Source of the DNA: Corallochytrium limacisporum Hawaii
Taxonomy: Eukaryota; Protista; Pluriformea
Direction: 5' to 3'
DNA: 64,000 bases
Assembly: GCA_002811645.1 (NCBI GenBank)
Contig: PDIP01000047.1
Coordinates: 5,861-69,860 of the forward strand
Positions 1-10,788 of the stretch are shown here, piece after piece. The first letter of the stretch is position 1. Each line of letters starts with the position of its first letter. The position numbers and the translations under genes are program-made. Under the pieces are notes generated by a model. The model was not told where the DNA came from. It searched no databases and was given only the letters and a program-made list of their open reading frames with translations.

Positions 1-99
1 GGTAGCTAGGCGCTCCAGGTCCGGAGTAGGCGCCACAGCGCCCTTCAGCATCTCATCCAGTGAAGTCAGCGTCTTAGCAATCACAGATACCCTTCCCAT
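1..99 (-). CDS. Possible 5' end of a gene running off the left edge (MGRVSVIAKTLTSLDEMLKGAVAPTPDLERLAT...)
   Basis: ATG at 99-97 opens a stop-free frame to the window edge. It is divergent from ORF 536, with a G10 tract (260-269) between them. No recognisable motif. Confidence 0.3.
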   Translation of the reverse strand, partial: MGRVSVIAKTLTSLDEMLKGAVAPTPDLERLAT

Positions 100-535
100 C
101 ACGGTCTCCAACTGTTTTCACGAACCATGCCAAAGAGGAGAATCCTACAGCAAGGTCATCCTCATGGGTCGCCGATCCACATTGTTACTAACTAAGGGGT
201 CAGCTTAATACGAGGGGACAAAGAGGTAGAGATAAACCGATTGGGGCGGGTCTTCCTGTGGGGGGGGGGTCCGTAGGCCTGGAATTTCGACATAAGTTGG
301 GTGGCTTTTTGATCTTCGCTCCTTTGTCTCTTTCGCCGGGTCACATAGACTGCGTACGCATCTGAGACGTCTTTCAGTTCTGTGAAGAGAAACTTCTCTC
401 CCCGTCTTGGTATCTATGATCTGCTTGCCGTTCAAGACCTGATCCTCGAACATAATAACCACCGCCTTAGGATTGAACCTGTCGCAACGGTTTGGTGGAA
501 ATAGAGGGCACTCCAGGGGACCAGGTCTTTAAGTC

Positions 536-2227
536 ATGAATGGGTTGTTACACACCCGGCTTTCCAGCCGATTCGTTCGCCCGGGAGTGGCGGTCTCCAT
601 GGGTTGGTCTTCTTTAATTTGTGGAAGTCTCCGACGAAACTACGCCACCGACGAGGCTGAAATTGCGGAACGAAAGAGATCAGTGGAAGGTAGCCTGGAC
701 GCCTTTGTAGGCAAAGTATGGTCACGGGTTGTCGAAGCTGGCGGAGGCACTGCAAGTATGCGTCAGCCAGTGGTATCATTTGACAGTCCGCGTGAATTTT
801 TGTCGCATATATCAGACGACATGCAAACCATTTTGAATGGCCGAAGAATTAGGTACTCTAGTCACGAATTGAGGGAAAGCGAAATCGAGAAGGAGGGTCT
901 TCGGTCAACATTGGCATCGTTCGCAAAATACGATTCACAAGCCAATATAGTGCGTTTGATGAGTACCAACATCAGTGACCTTGCGGCACGCCTGAAGAAA
1001 CAAAGTGTTCCGTATGTTCAGATGATCCTGATCCACGAACTTGCGCACGCAGTACAACACCAAAGCTCCACACAGAGTGCCAACTTTTCTTCGGGACCAG
1101 CAGATCGCTTCATTGCTAGGGAATGTCTGTGTGAAGGACATGCTCTCATTGTGCAGGATGCAGTTGCGAAGGAGATTGGTATTGACGAAGACATACTGGC
1201 AAACTTTGAGATGGACATGGGTTTCACGTCTCCGCTAGGACATGACAGGGCGTCTCACGATGAGGTCGAACGAGAACTTTTAGAAGTGACTCAGCTGAGC
1301 CATCTGAGGAGGAGCATTTACTATTATGGAAAAGCTTATGCCCTTGCTGTAGGTGCCAAGGCGACTTTGGAAGCCATCAAGAACCCACAGTTGGCTACGT
1401 GGGAGATTGTGAAGCGGGGCACCGATAACAACATCATCGAAGCCCCGATTATGGCCCCACGGGGGCCCGTGTTCTCTCAAGAGTTCCAGTCGGCGTTGGA
1501 CCTGGTCACTGATGCAGACCTTCTCGACCTTGCAAAGCTGAGCACCGGGACACTGATGCCTCTTATTCCAGCAGCAGCTGTCCCTGGTGGAAACGGCTCG
1601 GGTCTCGTAGCCATTCGTCAGAATGTAGACCATGGTTATATCTGCGGATCAGCGGCGCTTGAACGCTATGACAGCATGACAAGGGCGGTATTCTTGGAGA
1701 GCATACAAAACTACCAGAAGACCATTGCACAAATCAGTGATATACCAATTCCACAACAGCTTAGTATTTCTCTGATTCGCTTGTGGAACAAGGATGAGAA
1801 CAACGTGGAGTCCTTCATAGGCCTAAAAGAACGGGCTGTGACCAAACTAACAGATGAGCTCAGCCACAACGCAGCGTTTGTGACACAGGATCTGTCACTG
1901 CCCATCTCTGATGGAATGGCCAGGATTCAACTGAGCATTGAGAGTAGCGGCCATGAATCTCCGTACGAATTCCCGAGATCGATGATTGTGGATGCGACCT
2001 ACGTTGTGCCTTTGAAGAGACTAGGCGTAGCTATTGAAATTTCACACCAGTACCGCTTTAATTCGAAGGTTGATTCGGATGCAGACTATTCGTATCTGCG
2101 GGACAATCAGGAGTCTGTGGTAGATGCCTTCGCCAGGGAATACTTGCTGCACGAAGTGCGAAACAGTTCCAACCGCGCTGAACAGCTCATGCCCATTATT
2201 CAGAAGATAGGTGGCGTAATTAGCTAG
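536..2227 (+). CDS. Putative zincin-type metallopeptidase (prokaryote-like HEXXH family) with probable mitochondrial presequence
   Basis: 563-aa ORF with HELAHAVQHQ, downstream LCEGHA (third zinc ligand) and YYYG. The N-terminus is Arg/Ser-rich, lacks acidic residues and ends RRNY/AT. Confidence 0.7.
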   Translation: MNGLLHTRLSSRFVRPGVAVSMGWSSLICGSLRRNYATDEAEIAERKRSVEGSLDAFVGKVWSRVVEAGGGTASMRQPVVSFDSPREFLSHISDDMQTILNGRRIRYSSHELRESEIEKEGLRSTLASFAKYDSQANIVRLMSTNISDLAARLKKQSVPYVQMILIHELAHAVQHQSSTQSANFSSGPADRFIARECLCEGHALIVQDAVAKEIGIDEDILANFEMDMGFTSPLGHDRASHDEVERELLEVTQLSHLRRSIYYYGKAYALAVGAKATLEAIKNPQLATWEIVKRGTDNNIIEAPIMAPRGPVFSQEFQSALDLVTDADLLDLAKLSTGTLMPLIPAAAVPGGNGSGLVAIRQNVDHGYICGSAALERYDSMTRAVFLESIQNYQKTIAQISDIPIPQQLSISLIRLWNKDENNVESFIGLKERAVTKLTDELSHNAAFVTQDLSLPISDGMARIQLSIESSGHESPYEFPRSMIVDATYVVPLKRLGVAIEISHQYRFNSKVDSDADYSYLRDNQESVVDAFAREYLLHEVRNSSNRAEQLMPIIQKIGGVIS

Positions 2228-2264
2228 TGGATCACTAGCTGAAGTTAGTACATTATTTATGTTC

Positions 2265-3362
2265 TCATAACTTTCCTGCCGGCAGATGCGTAGGCTTCTG
2301 CCGGATGGTATCCACAATGTGTTCTGAGACCGCGTCGACATTTTCAAGAGGGAAGAAATGGCTTCCCTCTACTGAGAAATGCTTGACCAATCGAATTCTC
2401 GTCGCGATCGCGTCCACAATGTTATGGGGATGGGTATTGGAGTGGGTACCGCTGAGGAATACCACTGGCGCACCTACTTCGTCCAATTTCTTGTACGTCT
2501 CATGACCATTGCCCCCCAGGTAGAAGCTGGCTTCCGTCTCCGGCAGACACTTTAATGTCACTCCTTTGTTGCCCTCAAGAGGCTTCAAGCCACCTGCTGC
2601 ATATGCAAGCATCACTTCCGGATGAATGCGTCGAAAGAGCTTCTTTTGGCTCATCAATTCGGCAAACTTTTCCTTACTTTCAAAGTTAGCACGCCGTGCA
2701 CGTGCAGTGTTTGCATGTTCCACACCGCTATCATCCACGGGAAATGTAATGGGATCTGCAGCAACGATAGCACGGAACGTGCCTGGTCTATAAATCTCTG
2801 TCTGGAGTGCAAGACATCCGCCCATGCTGTGTCCGTAAGCAAAGAAAGACTTACCCACCGTACCATGCATTCGGCCTTGCAGAAAGTCTCCAACATAAGT
2901 AAGATCCTTTGCGCATATGGCCCAGCCAGATGAGTTATCGAATCCCATGCTGGGGCTATCCCCGTGACCTCTGATGTCCACCGTCACTGCATCGAGCTCT
3001 GGCATCTTCTGCTGCAGAGATCGAATGATGGGGTCGTTGATCTTACGGCAAAAGCCCGTGGGATGTATCATGAGCAATGTGGGTCCTTCACTCCGCTTCC
3101 CATTCTGTGGCGCATGGTAATCAACTGTAACATATCGGCCCGTATGATCATCGACGTTGACCTCTTGTGTCCAAGTGGGTTTCAGCAATGAGTCATCAGC
3201 AGATTTGAACCCAGTCACTTCCAGCAGGGACATTGACTGACGCATCTCTTCTGAATTGTGCATGGTCGCATATGCTCGCGACACCTGGGTGTATGCTCCG
3301 AGGTTATTTTTCCAAGAATGCGCTGCACGCAGTAAAGACCTAATAATCATCGGACAATTCAT
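2265..3362 (-). CDS. Alpha/beta hydrolase (Abhydrolase_6/LPX1-like)
   Basis: HPTGF oxyanion motif, DIRGHGDS, nucleophile elbow GHSMGG, catalytic His in GSHFFPLE. First ATGs at 3362 and 3350. Presequence-like N-terminus (SRAY/AT) and C-terminal -GKL. Confidence 0.85.
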   Translation of the reverse strand: MNCPMIIRSLLRAAHSWKNNLGAYTQVSRAYATMHNSEEMRQSMSLLEVTGFKSADDSLLKPTWTQEVNVDDHTGRYVTVDYHAPQNGKRSEGPTLLMIHPTGFCRKINDPIIRSLQQKMPELDAVTVDIRGHGDSPSMGFDNSSGWAICAKDLTYVGDFLQGRMHGTVGKSFFAYGHSMGGCLALQTEIYRPGTFRAIVAADPITFPVDDSGVEHANTARARRANFESKEKFAELMSQKKLFRRIHPEVMLAYAAGGLKPLEGNKGVTLKCLPETEASFYLGGNGHETYKKLDEVGAPVVFLSGTHSNTHPHNIVDAIATRIRLVKHFSVEGSHFFPLENVDAVSEHIVDTIRQKPTHLPAGKL

Positions 3363-4110
3363 GAACGTAACGACTTTGCTAGGTGCCGAATGATGAACTT
3401 CCACCGGCCTGCAACTACAGCTGCTTCGTACGAATACACTATGACTACAGCGATCAGTTACACTACATACCTGCTTTTCATTATCGTCTTGAATTCAAGA
3501 CTAACGCAAGACGTACTACACCATGCCGGAATACAGCACCATTTGTGCCCGCTCAAGCCTCATCACGCACCCTCCAAATGACGTGTCGTGACCAGCTCAA
3601 CCCCTTCATCGCCCGTGGTCAGCTGAGGCGGGAAAAACCCTCAGCCAACACATACGACATTGGATGATAGTGTGCGATTTATAGAGAGAGCGAACCGGGT
3701 GAATTGATAGAATTCTGGAGGGGCTGGGGTTGGCAGGAAGGGCGTCCCGTGGAAAGGGGGGGGGGTGGGTTTTGGCTGGAGAGGGGAAAATTAGCCTAAA
3801 ATTAGCTATTGACCTCCGCCACGGCAAGCGTACTCCGGCACCGCAGTTTTGATCGAGATGTCATTCTGTGGGTTTTCTCGATATCCTGATAGCACGGGAT
3901 ACCCGAAGTCACCTTTTCTTTGGGTGGGGTTCGGACAGGTAAGGACGGGCCATACTGTCTGGACGCGGGGAACACCGGTTGGTACGCAGCGGGGAGGAAA
4001 GCGAGATCCGAAAAGCAGCCGAAGGGGTGATCAATAGTATACATAGATGATGTCTATTTTCTTAGAGGTCACTACGTGTGCACTGCGAGCATTGACTGTG
4101 CCTATTGTAC

Positions 4111-5376
4111 TCATGATATGGTGGCTACGGGTTCACTGCTAGGTGTTCGTCCCGTGGCCTTCTCGAGGTCCGCCAGGACCTGATCAATGTCAATGTCTTC
4201 TGGTCCACTGGGTTCCTTCTGATCGATGTGGGTAATATCTTTGATGCCACGCAGGGGCGCTACCACGACGGCACCTTGCTTGGGCAACCAATCAGCGATC
4301 AGGCCGGCCTCAGCCGCGTTCCCGTACGCTTTTTTGGATTCGGCCTGCAGCCTCATGCTCTCAGCTTCTGCAAAACCTTGGGCCTGCAGTATCTTGGCGT
4401 CTGCGTCACCTTCAATACGGGTCACTTCGGCGTTCGACTTTGCGTATGTAATATCTTTCGTACGCTGACCTTCACTGATGATCTCAGACTTGTATCGATT
4501 GGCCTCGGCAGGCTTCTTGACGTTGGCTTCAAGTTCACGATCTTTTCTTGCCAATTCGTGCTCTTGAATCTCTACCCTCTTCCTTCCTTCAACAACCTGT
4601 ACCTCTGTCTCTTCTTGTTTGATGACCTGATTGAGCTGCGCTGAACGCAGCTGATACGCAAGCTCGCTGTTCGCATTTGCTGTGTTGACCTCCTGGTCAT
4701 AAGAACTTTGCTTTACCTGGTAGTTCCTCTCGTTTTCAGCAATCGAGTTGTCGACTCTGTACCTTACATCGCTGAGTGCCTGCTTAGCGTTCTCTTCTCT
4801 GATGCTCGCAGCGGCATCCTCGTCGGCCACGGCAATGCGGGCGTCACGCCTGACGCTCTCAGTGCGACTAACACCCAGAGAATCCAGGAAATCAACGTCA
4901 TCTGATACATCCGTCAGAGTAAAACTGACAATTTCAATCGCCATCTTGCCAATGTCCGGCGCTGCTACCTCCCTAACCTGCATATTGAGCTTCTCTCGAT
5001 CGACCAAGACCTCCTCTACGGACATACTTGCAATGATTGCTCGCAAATGACCTTGCATACTTTCCATACACGCATCTCTAATATCATTGATTGTCATACC
5101 CAAAAACTGTTCGGCAGCAATCTCCATCAATTGTGGGTCATTATTGAATTTACATTGTGCTACAGCCTTGACAGAAATTTGCACACCTTGAGCAGTTTCC
5201 ACACCTGTCAGATCAGGGTAGACTGTGAATGTTTCAAGGCTTATACGCTGGATATCGGTCACTGCCGCGCATGCCCAGCCCCAGCCGCCAATGATAATCC
5301 GGCGACCTTTATGGCCCATGCAGCCACCGGTAAGCACCAGAGCCTCATTGGGGCCAACTGTGTGAACCTGTCCCAT
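4111..5376 (-). CDS. Flotillin/reggie family protein, divergent flotillin-2-like paralogue A
   Basis: MGQVHTVGPNEALV start, SPFH domain (VETAQGV, AEQFLG, GHLRAI, EVAAPD) and EA-rich flotillin coiled coil (KKPAEANRY). Confidence 0.92.
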   Translation of the reverse strand: MGQVHTVGPNEALVLTGGCMGHKGRRIIIGGWGWACAAVTDIQRISLETFTVYPDLTGVETAQGVQISVKAVAQCKFNNDPQLMEIAAEQFLGMTINDIRDACMESMQGHLRAIIASMSVEEVLVDREKLNMQVREVAAPDIGKMAIEIVSFTLTDVSDDVDFLDSLGVSRTESVRRDARIAVADEDAAASIREENAKQALSDVRYRVDNSIAENERNYQVKQSSYDQEVNTANANSELAYQLRSAQLNQVIKQEETEVQVVEGRKRVEIQEHELARKDRELEANVKKPAEANRYKSEIISEGQRTKDITYAKSNAEVTRIEGDADAKILQAQGFAEAESMRLQAESKKAYGNAAEAGLIADWLPKQGAVVVAPLRGIKDITHIDQKEPSGPEDIDIDQVLADLEKATGRTPSSEPVATIS

Positions 5377-6430
5377 GGTTCTACGATTGTCGAACACTTG
5401 CTTGATCCCCAGTGTCTGTTCACATTTCGGGAGGTTTGGGTCTTCGAACAGCTACACGCCTGCCACGGTGTCCAATGACAACTTCCAGAATCTACACATT
5501 TGAAATAGATGATCATGAATGGCTTGCCCTCACATGAAACTGTGCTCGCCGGGGCAGGCACAAGACACACACTGCTGCGAGCCGCGTTCGGACGCACAAT
5601 CAGTATGAACCGGCCGGTTCATGTAAGTGCCAGTGACAAGTCCCCCCCCACGGTGCGAATAAACGCCCAATCCTCCCCTGGGATCAACACTGCGAGCATC
5701 GTGGCCCGGAGCATCCGCGACCCGTAAGCTGGCAGCTTCACAGTAGTCGAGTCTAATGGATACAGAGGGGAGCTTAGAGTACATGCCGTACACCAGAAAG
5801 TCTCGCGTAAAGAGTAAGCCAGCAGTGCCTGAAGTGGCTATGGACAGTTCCACTTTGACACGGTTGTCTTTGGACGGACAAACCAATCGCTCGCAATGCC
5901 TCCCGAACTGTCCCGGGGATACTCTCATGTCTGTCTGCTGCAGTACGTAACTTTCTTCCCCGCCTTAGCGACAGGAATACTTGTTTTCTCAAAATTACTT
6001 TCACTGTTACACTATACCTGCCGGGACGCGGACACTTTTTCTGTTAATATTTCCATTTGGATGGGGATCGGTGGCCGATACGAACACCACCAAAACCAAC
6101 TCCTCCTTTCGACCCAAAGCTACCAGCCGCGCGCTCTCTCACTGGGCGCCCTCAGCCTCATCGGACCCGGGCCGGACTCCACCGCTTATCTCCCTGGCTG
6201 CAAAATAAACGCTGCCAGAGCCCGGGTTACTTTGCCGCCTGCATTCCAGGCAGAAATTTCCCATAGTCTTACTATGCAATTTTCTTCTCTCCAGACCTCG
6301 GCCCACGAGCACTGTTTTAGGAATTGGGAATCCATAAAAAAAAAAGAGGTGGTTGAGAAAATAAACGGTGAGGGAGGAAAAGGGGGATGGCACTGGATTG
6401 GCCCGGCGATGTTCGCGACGCAAGAGTAAG

Positions 6431-6448
6431 GTAGTAGTAGTAGTAGTA
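6431..6448. repeat. (GTA)6 microsatellite
   Basis: gtagtagtagtagtagta. Confidence 0.9.
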
Positions 6449-7599
6449 CTTGCAACCGTTCCTCGGCCAGGCAGCGCCTGTACAGAACAAACGCATTGCA
6501 TGCGCGGCCGCCGTGTTTTGTCTTTGTCCCCTCTGCCTCATGCAGGTTGTATGTTGTCGTATCGATTTGCATATCGAGCCGACATGGTGCTGGGGGCAAG
6601 GATTCCGGGCCGGAGATATCATTTGACTCACGGACTGTGTGTGTGCGCTCCTCTTTGTGTTTTTCGTTGATCGTCCACGGTCTTGGCTGTTCTGGTTCAG
6701 GGCCTGTTGAGATGGAGAGGTCCCGAGGATAGCCATCGCAAGTCTGTCCTCATTTCCGGCAGCTAATTGCTGATCACGCAAGGCGAGACACACACTGGCG
6801 CAGTGTGTTGTTGCGACAACACTGCGGCGAGTTTTTCTGCTTCGAATGGCCTGCTCGTATGTGGGGGGACGCTTTCGGTATTTCCTGACTGGCTTTTGGC
6901 GTTGGCTTTTTTGGCAGTTGTACCTCCCCTTCCCCGCCACGCGCTTGTTCCCGCCGAATTCAGTACTGCCAGAACCGCGCCAACAATCGCACAGAAAAAT
7001 CCCACAACGAAAGCGGCTTCGTACCCGTGGTTTCCAGGATTTGCTGCTTGCTTAGACTTCTGCTCCCTTTCACTGCAAGGAAACAAGTTTGGTGTTTGTG
7101 GTCATGCTAGAGTCCCGGGCGGAGCGGATCCGCGCGATGCTCAAAATTATCTAATATAGAATATCTACCACGTCTTGCACCCGGAAATTATCAGGACCCT
7201 TACCCCCGCCCTGCCGTGTACCGGGTCCTCCCGAAAACATCCCCCCGCCCAAAGGGGGGCCAGGGGGGGGGTTTGCGCCGTGAGTGGGTACGGACGGAAC
7301 TATGCAACACCGCGCGTTGACATCACAGACACAAATCGACCGAAACTGATTTCGAAACGGGAAGGGTGTGAAGAGTCGAATACGAACTTTCGTTTCAGCT
7401 CGAAACGAGCACCAGACATATAGCAGATGGGGTGTGACTTTCTCTTCGATGACGCAGTAGTGTGCTTCAAATTTGGACAGGTCATATGCAGGTACTTCCA
7501 AAAGCGACCTTGCACGAAAACGAAATCAAAAAATTAGCGTTACGGTTTCGGTTCGGAATCTAATCGGTTCGTGTTTAGAGTCTCGTGAAGAAGAGAACC

Positions 7600-8886
7600 A
7601 TGGGTCAGATTCACACTGTGGGACCAAATGAGTCTCTGGTCGTTTCTGGTGGATGCTGCACTGGACGTACGACTCGCTTCGTAAGCGGCGGTTGGGCGTT
7701 TGCAGCATGGTGTGTTACCAATGTAGAGCGTTTAAGTCTAGAGGTCATGACCCTACATCCCCGCTGCGAGGAAGTTGAAACTGCACAGGGTGTTGCTCTG
7801 ACAGTCACTGCAGTAGCTCAGGTCAAGTTCCTTACCGATCCTAAGCTTTTGCAGAGCGCCGCAGAACAGTTTCTTGGGAAGACTGTAACTGAGATTGAAG
7901 ACGTCGCCAACCAGACCCTAGAGGGCCATTTGCGTGCCATTCTGGGTACGATGGGGGTGGAAGAAGTGTATCAGGACCGAGAAAAATTTGGTAGCCTTGT
8001 TATGGAAGTGGCTGCTCCTGATGTGGGCAAGATGGGACTTGAAATTCTTAGCTTCAACATCTCTGACATTTTCGACAACCTGAACTACCTCGACAGCCTG
8101 GGTGTCAAGCGCATCCAGGAAGTTAAGAGAGACGCTGACATTGGCGTGGCCGAAAGCGACCGTGATGCCGCCATAAAGGAACAGGAAGCCCTTCGTGAGC
8201 GTGAGTTTGTGCAGTACGACACGTCGACAAACGTTGCGGAGGCTAACAGAAACTACCAGCTCAAGCAGAGCGCATACGACGAAGAAGTCAACACAAAGAA
8301 GGCAGATGCCGACATGGCATATGACCTCCAAGCTGCTCGTATGAACCAACGGATTCGTGACGAGGAAATTGAGGTCGAGGTCGTGCAGCGCCGTAAGGCC
8401 ATTGAGGTCGAAGTCCAGGAAATTCTGCGCAAGGAGCGTGAGCTGGAGGCCAACATCCGAAAGCCTGCCGATGCCGAGACAGTACGGATCGAGTCCCTGG
8501 CTGAGGGTAACCGAAACAAGGAGGTCACTGAGGCCACTGCTGCCGCGGAGGCCATTCGCCTTCAGGGCGCTGCCCGGGGTGAGGCCCTCAAGGTCGTTGG
8601 TGAAGCTGAAGCTGAGCGCATGCGGGCTACGGCCGAATCCTACAGCCGCTATGGTGACGCTGCCCTCACCGATATGATGTTGACAGTTATGCCCAAGCTG
8701 GCAGCCGAAATTGCTGCTCCTCTAGGCCGTGTCGATGACGTCGTGGTCATTGGCAGCGGAGATGGCCAGAGCTCAAAGATGGCCCGCGAAGTTACCAACC
8801 TGGTGGGTACCATCCCACCTGCCGTGCAGGCTCTAACCGGTGTTGACATTTTGAAGGCCCTCACCACTGTTAATGGTCGCCCATAG
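7600..8886 (+). CDS. FLOT2: Flotillin-2-like protein, paralogue B
   Basis: MGQIHTVGPNESLVVSGGCC, QTLEGHLRAILGT, EVAAPDVG, RDADIGVAE, YGDAA and C-terminal ALTGVD closely match the flotillin-2 pattern. Confidence 0.93.
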   Translation: MGQIHTVGPNESLVVSGGCCTGRTTRFVSGGWAFAAWCVTNVERLSLEVMTLHPRCEEVETAQGVALTVTAVAQVKFLTDPKLLQSAAEQFLGKTVTEIEDVANQTLEGHLRAILGTMGVEEVYQDREKFGSLVMEVAAPDVGKMGLEILSFNISDIFDNLNYLDSLGVKRIQEVKRDADIGVAESDRDAAIKEQEALREREFVQYDTSTNVAEANRNYQLKQSAYDEEVNTKKADADMAYDLQAARMNQRIRDEEIEVEVVQRRKAIEVEVQEILRKERELEANIRKPADAETVRIESLAEGNRNKEVTEATAAAEAIRLQGAARGEALKVVGEAEAERMRATAESYSRYGDAALTDMMLTVMPKLAAEIAAPLGRVDDVVVIGSGDGQSSKMAREVTNLVGTIPPAVQALTGVDILKALTTVNGRP

Positions 8887-9035
8887 AAAATCTACTAAAA
8901 CAACCGTATGTTTCCTTCCATGTCCAAAGTTCATGCTCGTGTGCGTCCAAGGTATGAAGATAGTGTACAGAATGTATATTCTAATCATATGCTATTACAA
9001 TTACAACAGCCTTGAAAAAGGTATGCAGAAGAGAT

Positions 9036-9563
9036 CTAGACGTAGATTCCTTCATCATTTTCTGTTCCTTCGTTTCCTGATCCTTCCTGTGCTGCTGCTG
9101 ACTCCGGCTCAGTGCGCGAGGTAGGCACATCTGTGTCCATCGCTGAGGATGCACTAGGCCCAGCCGCCGGTGCAGTGTGTTCCGACGGAGGCTGGGACAC
9201 TGATGAGGTACGTCCGAGAATGTCAGATACCATCTTCTTTCTGATCTCCATGTCCTTCATAATCTTTGCATTTTCTGCCACTGCTTCTTTAAATTCTGGG
9301 TCATTCGGATCAGCTTCCATAAGCTCTCTGTTGCTCCGCTCCAGATGCTGCAGTTGGTTCTTCAAGTGTGCGAATTCCTGCAGCAGCCATTCCCGTGACT
9401 GATGTGCAAGTTGTTCATTTGGAACATGATGTGGTTGAGCCTGCGATCCACATGTTGGCCGTGCATTCTTGAACGAAGTAAAAAAGATACCTGGGCCCAG
9501 CTGCACTTCCTGGCCGGGATGGGCGACAGCCTCGTCGACCTTTTCCTGCAGATTGTTGCTCAT
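9036..9563 (-). CDS. Uncharacterised coiled-coil protein
   Basis: 175-aa ATG ORF with a helical core LQHLERSNRELMEADPNDPEFKEAVAEN and an acidic low-complexity tail. Convergent with flotillin B. Confidence 0.7.
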   Translation of the reverse strand: MSNNLQEKVDEAVAHPGQEVQLGPGIFFTSFKNARPTCGSQAQPHHVPNEQLAHQSREWLLQEFAHLKNQLQHLERSNRELMEADPNDPEFKEAVAENAKIMKDMEIRKKMVSDILGRTSSVSQPPSEHTAPAAGPSASSAMDTDVPTSRTEPESAAAQEGSGNEGTENDEGIYV

Positions 9564-10185
9564 TCTGTCGAAGGTTTCTTCGCCTTTCTTCGGGATATGT
9601 TTTTGTTGTCAAATTGTTCATCGCAAAAGGGTTCTTTGTCATACATACGTGCTTCCTCCCGTAAATCGTTCATCAACGTGAACACGCTATCAGCAGTGCC
9701 GAGGACACAACAAAAACCGAGTCGTGACCGCTGGAGACATTCCCCAAGAATTTCAACCGCCCGCAGCCTCCGGGAGGTGTCTGAATGATCGGGACCAAAG
9801 AGGGTCTTCTCAGCGGTGGGGGGAACCTTGGGTATTGCGAGTAGTGAGCAGGGAGTCTGATAAAGTGACGGTGGCGATCTAAATCGTACACTGACCGACT
9901 GCAGTAGTAGAGTGCGTATCTCAGAACAAGACACCGCTTGATCTCCTCGGGCTACAGCAGTCAGTGCAAAGGACTGCACAAAGCGGTATTGCTATTTAAT
10001 ACTTAGGTAATGTAATGCGGTTGACTGCAGGCTGAAAGTTACGAGACAATCTTGGAGAGAGAAGCACTGGTTGGCATTCATGGTTAAGTGAGAAAGAAGA
10101 ATTCTTGCAAGGGTCCTAGAGCTTCCGGATCCCTTACCATACACATTCAAGCAGCTCAAGAACATAGCAGAGGGTGCTGCACGAG

Positions 10186-10788
10186 ATGGGAAACCTTGAA
10201 CTCGACGCTGGTAAGCCCCTGCCTAGCCACCATAGAGAGCTCTTCAAATGTGCCATCATTGAGGCATGCCATGCTGAGCCCTCGGATTCAGCCTACTGTG
10301 TAGGTTGTGTTATTACCAGCCCAGATGGTACCATCTTGGCAACAGGGTTCTCGCGGGAATTGCCTGGAAACACACATGCAGAAGAGGTCGCACTCTCAAG
10401 ATGTAACCCCAAGGATCTAGAAGGTTGCACAATTATCACTACCATGGAGCCCTGCTCCCTTCGCCTTAGCGGAAAGACGCCTTGTGTGGAGCGCATTCTT
10501 GCCACTAGTGCACGACAGGTTATTGTCGGCGTTCGTGAACCGAGCCACTTTGTTGAAGACTGTGATGGCTGCGAACAATTGCGTAACGCGGGTATTGACG
10601 TCTACGAGATGAACCGCGAACTGGACGGCGACTTGTACAAGATGTGCCAACGTCTAAACAACCATCTCACCGACTCCCCGGTGTCACCAACCCCAGAAGA
10701 GAATTCCTTCGAGGGAACGTCCTCCAGAGAACGTATCATGAATATGTTACGGAATTCTTCAGCCCTCTGCGGTAAGAAGAGCAACTGA
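10186..10788 (+). CDS. Cytidine/dCMP deaminase-fold protein, RIB2/RibD-type (probable riboflavin-pathway deaminase)
   Basis: TGFSRELPGNTHAEE zinc motif and TTMEPCSLRLSGKTPC (PC-x8-C), typical of fungal Rib2-type deaminase domains. Confidence 0.85.
   Translation: MGNLELDAGKPLPSHHRELFKCAIIEACHAEPSDSAYCVGCVITSPDGTILATGFSRELPGNTHAEEVALSRCNPKDLEGCTIITTMEPCSLRLSGKTPCVERILATSARQVIVGVREPSHFVEDCDGCEQLRNAGIDVYEMNRELDGDLYKMCQRLNNHLTDSPVSPTPEENSFEGTSSRERIMNMLRNSSALCGKKSN

Noticed and set aside
186-192. Isolated TACTAAC motifs (186 and 63099, + strand)
   Set aside because: No suitable donor identified, and several occurrences are expected by chance in 64 kb.
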